A DNA stretch of 45,057 nt, counting the filler, from Jimgerdemannia flammicorona (lineage: Eukaryota): assembly GCA_003990765.1 (NCBI GenBank). It is 2 parts of 2 records of this genome, joined end to end, with 100 filler letters (N's around TTAATTAATTAA, not from the genome) between each part and the next. Parts side by side here need not be neighbours in the genome. Positions count along the whole stretch, not along the records: positions 22,581 to 45,057 come from RBNJ01001271.1; 1 more part is not named here. One strand, written 5' to 3'. The notes below the pieces were generated by a model. The model had not been told where the DNA came from, searched no databases, and worked only from the letters and a program-made list of their open reading frames with translations. This document shows, piece after piece, positions 34,264-45,057 of this stretch. A program made the position numbers and the translations under genes. Position 1 is the first letter of the stretch; each line of letters opens with the position of its first letter.

Positions 34264-36043
34264 TCGTCGTCTTCGGCGGCGGCGGCGTCGTCGTCGTCGT
34301 CGTCGCCGTCGTCATCGTCATCGTCGTCGTCGTCTTTGGCGCCGTTTTGGCAGCTGTGCTTAAAGGCTTGGTAATCGATGTCGAAGGCACCTCGGTGACT
34401 TCCGATGTCGGGTTCAACTTGGGCGATGTCGGGGTAGAGGAGAGCTTGGATGAGACTGGGGTAGAGGTGGGCTTGGGTGAGGCTGGGGTGGAGGTGGCCT
34501 GGCCTTTACGCTGGAGAGCTAGGGTAGATGTAGACGGGCTGGTGTTAATGGGTGGGCGACGGACGGGCTGTGGGGGCAGTGCAGTCAGATCAGCGACCAT
34601 GGCGGCAATCTTGGAGGTCGTCGGGGGGGGCACCTCCTTGGGCGGTGGGGCAGCGTTGAGCTGGGCCTTAAGAGCAGCGATCTTGGAGGTGCCCGGGGCC
34701 GCGGCAGGCGGGGGCGGCGGGGGCGGGGCGAGCTGCGCCTTGAGAGCCGCGATTTTGGAGATGGGCTGCGTGGAAGTTTCCGAAGCGGTGGTGGGAGCGA
34801 CTTCCGAGCGAGCACGGTTGTGGCCTGACGACGGAAGTGATGGAACAGCTTCCGAGAGGGTACGGCTGTGGCTTGACGGAACCGAAGGAGCGGCCACAGA
34901 GAGGGCACGACTACGGCGTGACAACGTGGCCGGGGGGGCAGCCGCCGAAAGGGCGCGGCTACGTACTGACGGTGTGGTCGAGACCGGCGTAGTCGGCGCG
35001 GTGACCGCCGGAGCTGGCGTGGGATCTGAAGATGGGGTCGGTGACTGCATTGGGGAGACAGCAAGCACTGGGATGGTGGCAGGCGCTGGAGGAGCGGCAG
35101 GCGCTGGGGAGGCAGTAGGTACTGGGGAGGCGGTAGACGCTGGGGAGCCAGTAGGGGAGGCGACAGGCGCTGAGATGGCAGGCGTTGAGGAGGTGACGGG
35201 CGCTGAGGAGGTGGCAGGCACTGAGGGGGTGGCAGGCGCTGGGGGGTTGGAAGGCGCTGAGGTGGCAGGCACCTTGGCTTTGACGGGTGCCTTATCCTTG
35301 ACCGGAGCCGGAGCTGGAGTTGGAGTTGGGGTCTTAGCCGGAGCCAGAGCCGGCCCCGCAGCCGTCAACCCGGTAGACCTCGACAGCTCCACCTCAGCCG
35401 CGGTGGGCTTGCGATAGGTGGAAATACGTTTGGATGGCAACGGCGTACGCTCCTCCTCCTCTCCGGGCAGTGCCAACGAGTGGGACATGGACAAAGACGA
35501 GCTGGGCGACATGGTAGTCGTCTGCACGAAAGACGCCACCTCAGGTGTGGGTGAGGGCGGCGACGGTGAGGGAGGTGACGGCGAGGAAAGCGACGGCGAA
35601 AGAGGCGACGGCGAGGGAGGCGACGGCGAGGGAGGCGACGGCGAGGGAGGCGACGGCGGATACGAGTAGACGGAATTAAGCGAAGAACTTGACCTGTTGA
35701 CGACTTTGACGACTTTAGGTTCCGGGATGGTGACAGGTTGGACGCGGATCCCATAGATGCTCGAAACAGTGTGAACGGGCATGGGGCCGAACGACTCTCT
35801 CGCGTGCGCACCGGCGGGGTGGGGCGTGGCGTTGGATACGCCCGTCTTTGCCGCCATAGCCACGAATCTTGACGTGGAAGTGGACTCAGCCGGCTGAATG
35901 GCGTTCGCTCTTCCCGGCGCCGCCTCGTTTGATCTGCCATCCCTCTCCAGTGTGTTCCCGGTCTTGTTCCCCACGGCGGCGGACGAATTGGACGGGCTGG
36001 GTCCGGCGGCGGCGTCCCAGTCGAGCAGGTCCAACATCGCCAT
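33419..36043 (-). CDS. Pro/Ser/Thr/Ala-rich protein with C-terminal CUE-like ubiquitin-binding domain; start uncertain
   Basis: Open frame of more than 2.6 kb, first ATG at 36043. C-terminus LNDLCAVLPHVDRETLKSYLDRANGDYVAAIGLCM fits the CUE pattern. Confidence 0.75.
34010..34340 (-). repeat. Coding minisatellite PKTTT(S/P)(T/P) (21 bp) and poly-Thr (ACG)n
   Basis: Repeated TTCGGCGTCGA(C/T)GTTGTCGTC units and (GTC)n runs. Confidence 0.9.
35565..35658 (-). repeat. Coding 15-bp repeat encoding (SPPSP)n
   Basis: GACGGCGAGGGAGGC-type units, about six copies. Confidence 0.85.
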
Positions 36044-36661
36044 TATATCCTGTTGTGTCCTCTGCTGGGTGTCGGTGCCATCGTGCAGTGAGGTGACGGA
36101 CGCCGGTGCCGAATTCTGCCGCGATGACGCCAATCCGTTGTGTGCCTCGAACGCGTTGGTGCTCTGGCTCTTGCTCCGCTCGTGACCGTCTGGCAGCCGA
36201 GTGCCTGGACGCAGGGGCTGATCGATGTGGGCGTAGGGTTTTGGTTTCTCTGAGGGTGACGAGTGTGCTCTGCGGAAAGAAGGGTTTTTTGTGCGCAGGT
36301 TCTTGATGTGCTGGTCGGTAGCCGTGTCTTCCTCGGGAAGGTGGTGCTCGGCGGAGAGCTTGGAGGGGCCGAGAATAGGTGAGAGGGAGATCTGTGATGC
36401 GCGCTTGTTGGATTTGGCGACCTCGTTCGAATCCTGCGAACTGCGTGACCGGGCGGGCGAGGGCGCGCCGAATGAGTCGCGTGACCAAGCATCCTCCGAG
36501 TCCGATTTCGAGCCGATGCGTTTGTGACCTGAACTGGCGAGACGGGCGGACTTGGCGGGGCGGAAGAGGGGCCGTTTATGGTGGAAAACCCTTGTGTTTG
36601 GTTTGTATTCTACAAGGAAAAGAAAAAAAAAGAAAAAAAAGTATTATAAACCTTTGTTTCG

Positions 36662-36694
<33 letters not shown>

Positions 36695-36732
36695 AAAATT
36701 AAAAAAAAAAAAAAAAAAAAAAAATAAAAAAA

Positions 36733-36772
<40 letters not shown>

Positions 36773-36773
36773 A

Positions 36774-36809
<36 letters not shown>

Positions 36810-37139
36810 CATCCAAACTCCCCACAAGTGCCCCATTCACTCTCACTAATCTTTTCAATCCACACAAATGCAATTACACCTCCTAACACGCCAAATAAAA
36901 AATTACCTAATACCACCAGAGGCGGCCCCTTTTCCTTCTGTTTTTTCGACCACTCCCACAACCCTGTTTGCGCGTTCGTGCAATCGCGAAACGCCCGCTC
37001 TACAAAAAATTATAAGGAAAAGGAGGATTAGACAAGGCTGCTGGTGACTTCACAAATCTACAATCTACAATCGTTTTTGCGCAATCTATACAACCCCACC
37101 ACATCTCAGATTTTTTTTTTTTTTTTTTCAAGGAGATGG

Positions 37140-39145
37140 TCAAATACATCCGGCGGCGTGCTGAAAATGTCTACACCGAATCCCCAATGGCTCGTACATC
37201 CCGCCTTTCCGCATTCCCCCTTCTCCCCTAATCGCCCTTTTCGCCGCTGACTTCTCGTCCTTCTTTCCCACCAATTCTTCCTCGTCCTCTAAACAGACAC
37301 CAACTCGATACCTGACACAAAAAACATAAAATCTAGCAAACGATCCCACTTACCATACGCCATCATCCTCTCCTTCTTCGACTTCATCTTCATGGTATGA
37401 TATAGTGTCAAATGACTATGCGTTCCCCCTGTCCTATAACTCGCTGTCAACACCTTCTTCTTCCCTGGTTGCTGCACGGGCTTCCCTCCCGTCAGCGACA
37501 GTCTCTGCGCGGCCTTTGTCGTATTGGGCGCGCTGGCGATGGCGGACGTGCCCATCCTCAGCGTGGGACCGGCGCGGATATCATCCGCGGGCCCTGACCG
37601 CACCGAAATCCCGTCTATCTCACGTTGTCGGTCCATCATGTCGCGCAACCGCCGGATCGGCTCCGTCAGCGCCCCGCCCTCTACGCCTTCGTTATCCCGG
37701 AACCGCAGAACGTCACCGTCCTCAAGGAGCGAGAGGTCCTGCGCTTCGTCCGCGCCCCGCACACGGTCATAGAACGAGCGTCCGCGGGTGTGCTGGTGCT
37801 CGGGTGGCAAGGAGGTCGGTTGGGAGTGGTCGTTGGTGGTGTCGGAGAAGGCGCGTGAGGGCGGACCGTGCCATGTAGGGTCGTTGGTGGTATCGGAAAA
37901 GGCGCGTGAGGGCGGACTGTGCCATGTAGGGTCGTTTGGTTGGATTTGATTTTGATTTTCGTCTTGGTGTTGACGTGTGCGTAGTTCGACTGGCACCGCT
38001 GCTACGCCGCTGCGGAGGGCGTCGCGTCGGCGTTGCTTCTGGCACTTGTAGCACATGCAATTGACGGGGGAATCGCAGTGCGTCGGGTTCGCCGAGGGCT
38101 TGCCCTTACACTTGACGCACATGCATTCCGCTGGGGCATCGTCGGCTATCGCTGTTGTTGTCGCGGGACTGACGCCGCCGAGGATCGAGGCGAGGTAGGA
38201 GTCACCACCACTTGTTTCCGCCGCCGCCATCGGCCCCGCCGCCGCGCTCGTGTCCGTATGTGTGCCCAGGTTGATGGCTCCCTCACTTCGGGTTGATTTT
38301 GGTGTTTTTGTTGAGGTGAGGTAGGAGCCCTGTGTGAGACTCCTGCCGCCACCAGAGCGGCCCGTGGATGTGATGGAGGACAGGTATGAGTCGCCGCTGT
38401 GGCTACTAGGTTTTGGAGAGGGTTGGGTGAAGCTGTGGGTTCGCGTGCAACGGAGGGGAGAGGGAGGGGGAGGGGATTAGCCGAGCCGAGCCAATTGGAC
38501 AAATATCTGTAGTTTGGCACGAAAAACCTCGCGAGATTTCGAGGACGCGGGGAGAAAGCGACAACCGGCACATACCTCTGGGCTTGCACTTGTGAGTTGG
38601 CCAACTGGACAGCGGTGATGCTGCTACTTCTCAGCGGCGATTCTGTCCGCAGGAATGAGGAGCCCAGGTTCGCGAAATCGTCAGGTCCGAACGAAGGCAA
38701 GCGGATCTTTGGTGCTGCCTTTGCAGGGTCTTTGAGTTCGAGCTTTGGTGGGTCCCGCAGCTCTAGTCTTACTGATAGCAGCGCGGGGATGAGGTTTTGG
38801 GAGTGTGGAGAAGAGGATAGAGGTTAAGGATAGGTGGGATTTATGTCAGCCGAGGGAATGGAGATTTCAAACGGACGAAGGAAAAAGGCTCTCGAGAGTT
38901 GGGAGAGGTTCGAGTTACTCACGGTCGAGGTTGTCGTCTGATCCCAAGGTGAATTCTGCCATTTTGGCCATGAAGTCTGGGAGATGGGTCGAGAATCAAG
39001 GGAATGAGCGGGCTCGTCGGGCACAGGCGGCGCACGGAGGCCACGGCGTAGGGCGGGTATCGCGCGCGAGAGTACTGTATCAGGTAAGCATGCACGATCG
39101 GTACGTACCGTCCTTGGACGAGGTATGCTGCAACTGGGCAGACAT
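37140..39145 (-). CDS. Hypothetical spliced protein with a paired CxCxxC motif; 5' exons uncertain
   Basis: Main exon about 37352-38402. GT-AG intron near 37291-37351 leads to a last exon ending at 37140. Donor GTATGT near 38574. CMCVKC...HC...CMCYKC motif. Confidence 0.55.
37830..37935 (-). repeat. 51-bp in-frame tandem duplication (NDPTWH(S/G)PPSRAFSDTT x2)
   Basis: Seen directly in DNA and translation. Confidence 0.9.
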
Positions 39146-41521
39146 TGGTATGTCGAGTGGCTAGGTTAGGCGATAGGGTTTTACTATTACTAATGCGATA
39201 AAGTATATACAGGAGCGAGGGTGAGGGAGTGTGATGGGTCCTTTGCAGGGAGGGGGGGGGAACAACAACATACACACGATCGTCGTCCTCAATAATCAAC
39301 ACGATCCATCATGCAAGCCGTCCCAAAGTGGCACCAGGCACATCCCGACGTAATCCACCTGTCCGGTGCTCTCAGCCATGCCCCACGTTCCGCTCACAGA
39401 GCACAGGAGCACAGGACCGCAGATTTTGTTGTGTACCCGCCAATCTAATAAGCCATCCTAAAAATTAAACGTCAAATCCCCCAAAACGTGATATCACATT
39501 CCTTTTTGCGACCCGAACAGGCCCCAACTAACCTGCTGCCCCGCGGAAGAGCGTCCTTTAGTCGTCTCCATTCACAATCCAGACCGGACATAGCCTTCCG
39601 CCTCATCGCCGACGCCGAGATGCCGAAAAATTTGTTTGTTTCGCATCTCCGCATAATATACAATCGTCACTACGTCTAGAAACTTCATCTCGTCGTCTTG
39701 GAATCCCCCTAATGTTGTCTTCGGAGCGTAGAATTGCACTAATTTCATTTTGCGAATCGCCACATGCATCCTTGTAGTCTAGTCCATTTACAACCTCAGA
39801 TGGATCCCTTCAATTTTCCGTGACTCGCGAACCACTATCATTTTCCCTTCGATATATCAGGGCGTATGCATTGTACGGTTTTCCTTTCTCGACAAGAGAT
39901 GGAATGCCGCTTTATCGTGTGTTGGACGTGACAAGCGAGAGAAAACTGTATACATGCCTTGAACAACGAGAAGATCGGACTTGGGAATTGGTGCCATTCT
40001 GGCACTTCATTGGGGCGGCTAGCCTCTCCCTCCTGTATAACTACGAGGTATCCAGGTATCCAGTAAGAGAAAGGATCGGGCCTTGAACCAAGACAATCGT
40101 GCATTGCTTTGTTCTTCTCGCTTCCAACTGCATAATGGTGTTGTTAAACAGACAAACAGACCACCGGAAAATGGAGAACTGCAAGGAATATATATCGTGC
40201 CGCGCCAATATCTTAATATAGTGCCACAAATAAAGGGAACTCGGTCACAATCTCAATTTCCATATTTGAGCGATTTTGATATTACCAAATCTCTTGCGGC
40301 ATTATTACACCACGACGACATCGGGCCTTACCATCACCCAAAAAGCGTCGACCATGACGATGCCTCCAATATACCACGGAGAACATTCAACCGTGTCATC
40401 TCCATTCTTGTCTTTTTTTTTTTTTAACAGTCCCATACACACAACATTCATCAGACCTGCACCACCACCAATTTCTGGATGAACGGATATGGAAAAATTG
40501 TAATAAAGTAGAAAAACCAAAAAGCGCGTGCTCGGACTGGTCTTTTGCTCATGGTTGGCGATCGCGTCTTCAGGTGTTGGTCTTTCGCTACTATTGGTTG
40601 GTTAAGGGGGGTGTGAGCTTGTCATGTGCCTCGCCCATCCCTAGTATGTGCATCTATATCTATTGCTGTCCACATCAACGGCCTGCTGGTGGGAACACCG
40701 ACAGACCGAGTTCGAGTTCGGATTCGCACCCTCTCACACTCTCCCGCCGATGCGCCTGACCCAACGACGCAGCATGTCTTTGCGCGCGTCCAAGGCAATG
40801 GTGAAGCAGTGCAGCGCTTTGAAATCCGCCACGGTCGCGCGCCAACCTTCCCAACGGTCACGTGGTGGCCGCTCACTGGGTTTCGTAGCACCGTGATGTC
40901 ACTTCGCTTTAGAAGCTCGCTGTGTGTGAAGTGTGTGAACGTGACCTCAAAAATTATAGGTATCTGCACCTAAATGGTCTTTATACATCATGACCCTCAA
41001 ATAAGTCATTCAGCTGGACATGAAGCGAAGAAGATTCAGAGAAATGACGTTGCTGAACCGACATGATACTGCAATAGGTAGTACTCAGCCTATGGTTTGT
41101 GTTACAAACCTCAACCCCTGTATGGCGAAGGATGGCAAGGAAGCCGTTTCCCACGATTTTTATAAAAAATAAAAAATAAACAAAAAGGGAGTATCATTAT
41201 CCTTTCTGTAGTTCACGCAACATTCCCGGATCATCACTATCCTCTCTGAAGTTCACTCAACCTTCCCGGTATAAAATGTCACAGCATGAAACCAAACGCA
41301 TGAACAAATTCTGTCCGATCTAACCGCCTAACCAGCGAACCATTCCCGTTTCTACTTACATTCCACTGTCATTACCAGCACTTTATCAGTTTCGATATGC
41401 AAACATTGTCAACAAAAAAAAGAAAAAAAAAAAAAAAAAAAAAAAAAAAGCGCACGTCAAAAACTAGGAGCTTGATGTGAGCATTGAAATATTCCGTTTT
41501 CTGAATTCTTTAACCCCAGAG

Positions 41522-42073
41522 TCAACTCTCCGTAAATGCACCCCCTTGGGACCAGCCATGACTGCATTTATAGAGAGTGTGCATTTAGAAAATGGCATTG
41601 AAAAATCAAAGGATAAGTAAAATATATTGTAAAAAAGAAAAATACTACAAAGGTCAACTATGTTGCTATTACTATTAAAATTGCAGTCTGTTTCATAGTA
41701 TTAATTTGATAAACATCTCGATTATTCCTGTTAGCTCCGCGTTGCGTCGTTGTATTGTTCTCTGCGTTGCATCGTTGCATTGTTCTGTGTTGCGTTCGTT
41801 GTGTTTGTTGCATTTGTTCCACGGATAATTTTTTGAAATAAATAAATATAAACTTACGGAACGTAATTAATAGTAACTTCGAATTTTGGAGGTAGTATTT
41901 GGATGCAAATCCATGTAAAATTATGTGCGTACACTTAGAGAATAGAAGGGACTGAGAAATCTTAGGAACGTGCAGAACATACTGTGCACTTAACTATAGG
42001 TCTCAAGCTTGAGGCTGAGCTTGAGCGTGCATTTTGGTGTGCATTTATGGAGAGTGTATTGATGGAGAGTTGA
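41522..42073. mobile_element. MITE-like element of about 550 bp
   Basis: Left TCAACTCTCCGTAAATGCAC; right GTGCATTTATGGAGAGT and GATGGAGAGTTGA as inverted copies; internal copy TGCATTTATAGAGAGT at about 41563. AT-rich non-coding interior. Confidence 0.6.
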
Positions 42074-42465
42074 TATATTGCTGCTTCAAAAATAAAAATA
42101 AGGTCTTGCCACCCCCATAGTTTACGGGACCAATTCTTCCATCACCTCGTCAACTACAGGGATTGGTCATGGTGGTTATATACTTTATCCATAAACTGTC
42201 GAGAATTGGAATTGCCATGGTGACATGACACTTTATCCGATGGCAACTGGCATAATAAATTTCCGTCTTCGGGCATATAATTAGGATTACCTGCTGGGAT
42301 CAAATTTCACTATTCCACGTTTGTTGATTTGTCTCTCTCGGGCATGGAACCGATCGAAGTCTTGGGTCGTGCAGTTAACATCCTTTTTTAGCCTTGTGCA
42401 ACAATTTGACAGGACATAGACGATGATATATCAGAGTTCAGGTTGTCAACTAATTACAACGAAGA

Positions 42466-44013
42466 ATGCTTTCAAAATTCACGCTTATACCATTGTGCAT
42501 ATTGCTCGCGGCAACCTGCACCTACGCCGTGCCCAGCGCAAGGCTCGCTCACGATCGTCGTGCGGCACCGCAGATTGAATCGAACAAAACACTCGTCCCC
42601 GCATCGGAGCTATCGCCTCTCGAAGATTATGCCAAACTGGCCGCTGTCGCCTACTGCAAGCTCGATACTTGGATTTGCGGATCCCTCTGTAACACGCTCC
42701 AACAGACGACGCTGGTCATGAGCTTTTCGATGCCCGGCGCCCGTGCAACTGGCTATATTGCACGCAACGATGTCACCCAGTCCATATACGTTGCTTTCCG
42801 GGGGACATTCTACATGGCCAACTTCCTGCAGGACGCCAATCTAATACTTGTTCCCTATCCTTCTGTAGAAGGTGCTCTAGTTCGCAAAGGTTGTCATGAA
42901 TATCTTATTCATGGATCACCTGTACTTGTGACGTTTTGCTTATTTCGATCGTTCGCATGCAAGACTAATGCCGGCCCATCTCTATCCATATTCTTGCAGG
43001 TTTTTACGAAACCTTCATCAGCTCTGCCGATAAAGTCTACGCGAGCGTTAATAAACAAATGACAAAGTATCCTAGCTATAAAGTATATCTCATCGGCCAC
43101 TCTCTAGGCGGTGGTGAGTGAATGACTTCTCTGCATCATTGTAAAAATAATATATATATAAAAATGCTCTGACGCAACGCTATTTTACGGTCAAATTTCA
43201 ATAGCCATTGCCGTCTTCACAGCCATAGATTTGCAAGACAGAATCAAGACGTTGAATGGATCAAATCTCTTTGTGTACACGTATGGTGAGTATGCAGTGA
43301 GATCGCGAGGTATCAGAAGCGCTTCGCCCGTTCGACGCAGTGTCGGTATTTTATTCGCATTTGCCGTTTTGTCCGCGTTCGCCGTTTTTCCACGTTCGCC
43401 GTTTTGTCCGCGTTCGTCGTTTTTTCCGCGTTTCACCGTTTGGCCCGCGTAACGCCGCGCCCTACACCCGCATTGCACTACGTTACCCAGTGTAACGAAT
43501 TCAATTTCACATTTTGCCCAGGCAAACCACGAATTGGCAATTCGGTTTTCGCCGATTACGCCTCGACCCTGGGAATCTCATTCATTCGCGTGGTTAACCA
43601 GCGTGATGTTGTCCCAGCGGTCCCGCTAAGAGCATCTGGATATAAGGTTTGTCTTTGGATACTTTGTAATTGTGATTCTTTAAAATTCCCATGATGCTGA
43701 AATTCTCCAAAAATCCACTTCCAGCATGAAGGTACGGAATACTGGATAGAAGACGCCATCGGCAATACTGTAACGTGCCCTGAACTTGATGATCCGACAT
43801 GCTCGGATTCGATTGATTTTTTAAGAAAGGAATGGCGTGATCATTTTCACTATTGGGGGTGAGTTGTCTTAAAGACTTGAAATTCCTGCACAAATCTTTG
43901 GTTCCGGATGCTCACATCTATCCATTCGTTTCATTCCGACAAACCATTTCATTGAATATCGTTGATTTTGCAGCATCGATATGCAATACTGCAATAAGAA
44001 CGGTCTGCAGTGA
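42466..44013 (+). CDS. Secreted triacylglycerol lipase (class 3, alpha/beta hydrolase), 6 exons
   Basis: Exons 42466-42889, 43000-43113, 43205-43285, 43522-43646, 43725-43858 and 43974-44013. Signal peptide, IYVAFRGT, GHSLGG, YTYGKPRIGN, RVVNQRDVVPAVP and DHFHY give a complete Ser-Asp-His triad. Confidence 0.93.
43355..43452. repeat. CpG-rich ~18-bp minisatellite in lipase intron 3
   Basis: About five copies of TTCGCCGTTTTGTCCGCG with variants. Confidence 0.8.
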
Positions 44014-44752
44014 CTTCAATCATATAGAATTGTATTGAGAGCCACATATTTCAATAAATGACAACATAAGTAATTTGACTACCCACCCCCCCCCCCACCC
44101 CCCCTATTCGCGAGTTCGTGTTTGAAGTGCCACATTCCCAAGGGCCAAGCGCGACAGTTGTTTCCGCACCGACCAATAGCTTACCAAATCGACCGAGCCC
44201 TCGTCTTGGCTATGAAAATTGCAATGCTCCCGATCGAAATGCTGGGTAGCACTCATAAAAATGGACGTGGTATGCACTCCGTCAAGTTACAGATGCGAAA
44301 CCCCTGATTGTGTACGGGTAACACTCATAATCGCATTAAAAATGGACACAGCTTAAGTTACATGCACTCCAGATGCGAAACTCCTCTGCCTGTGTACAGA
44401 TGTAGCAGTCACCAGCAGATGTCGAGGCATCCAACGACAACGACATGCAAGTGGGTCTACCGGAAGATCCGTCGTGGCCGAAGGAACCGTCTGGAAATAG
44501 ACTTGGATGACGTTATTGTGGATCGATCTCGAGTCTTGGGGTGAATACAAATTTAGGTTAAGGTTGTCCGAGTCCTATCCGTCGTATAGTAATTATATAC
44601 ACAAGTTTCATTACGGAAGCGTTGAGGTCAGCAGCAAGAGCCACATACCCGTTGTCATGCTTTAGCGTCTTTTTCCGGTTTCCCGTGACATTCAGGCAAC
44701 AGAACCATTGAAACTCCAAATGACCGGACACAGCAACAGAGAAAAAAAAAAG

Positions 44753-44804
<52 letters not shown>

Positions 44805-45057
44805 GTTAAAAAATAGAACCATGAAGCGACGCAAGATAATACCTGTAGATAATACCTGTATATACAATGTAATTTACAAACGAACTAATGCGATTTTGCT
44901 ATAAATGAAGGAAAGATGGGAAAGATAAAATAAATCACCTGACTTGATATCAATCAAGCCGAAGCGACAACATGGAGAAGATGTAAATAAGATACTTTTG
45001 GAGAAAATGGTTTGAAAGGCATTACAATAAGGTCATTTCAATAACGGCAAGATTTTT

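Noticed and set aside
34005..35417. 470-aa Val/Gly-rich plus-strand ORF
   Set aside because: Antisense shadow of the Thr/Pro-rich coding repeat on the minus strand.
36617..36807. About 190-bp A-rich tract and poly-Lys/poly-Phe ORFs
   Set aside because: Low-complexity and likely low-quality sequence around a homopolymer; no TSD or coding evidence.
39400..41000. Short ORFs between the hypothetical gene and the MITE
   Set aside because: No recognisable motif or consistent exon chain could be built by eye; a degraded gene cannot be excluded.
44246..44385. Shuffled local duplication (CACTCATAA, AAAAATGGAC, ATGCACTCC, CAGATGCGAAAC)
   Set aside because: Short imperfect duplication with no evidence of function.

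Overview
Intron-containing fungal genomic DNA. An early-diverging lineage such as Mucoromycota is suspected from gene style and content; this is inference only. The left 22 kb is an accessory region. A ~3.4-kb unit made of a mitochondrial citrate carrier (CTP1) and an intronless multi-zinc-module transcription factor has been tandemly amplified about four times, leaving one intact CTP1 (18633-20000), one intact TF (2352-3167), several pseudogenes and a diverged TF paralog (21255-22166). The array is interrupted by a dead Ty1/copia element (8160-15996) carrying nested poly(A)-tailed insertions and a MITE. The strongest signal is a sharply bounded ~7.8-kb block (8304-16079) in which I could find no CpG. 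One LTR keeps 8 CpGs and the other has all 8 converted to TpG/CpA, while the adjacent gene duplicates are spared. This points to transposon-targeted C->T hypermutation distinct from classical homology-triggered RIP. The TF family has an unusual C2H2 + CxxCx6CxxH + short-loop Zn2Cys6 architecture and a CGG-N2-CCG motif in every promoter. The right half holds a putative small secreted protein, an F-box/LRR protein, a VCX1-type Ca2+/H+ exchanger, a JEN1-type carboxylate transporter, a low-complexity CUE-like protein, a hypothetical protein, a MITE and a secreted class 3 lipase. All alignments and counts were made by eye.
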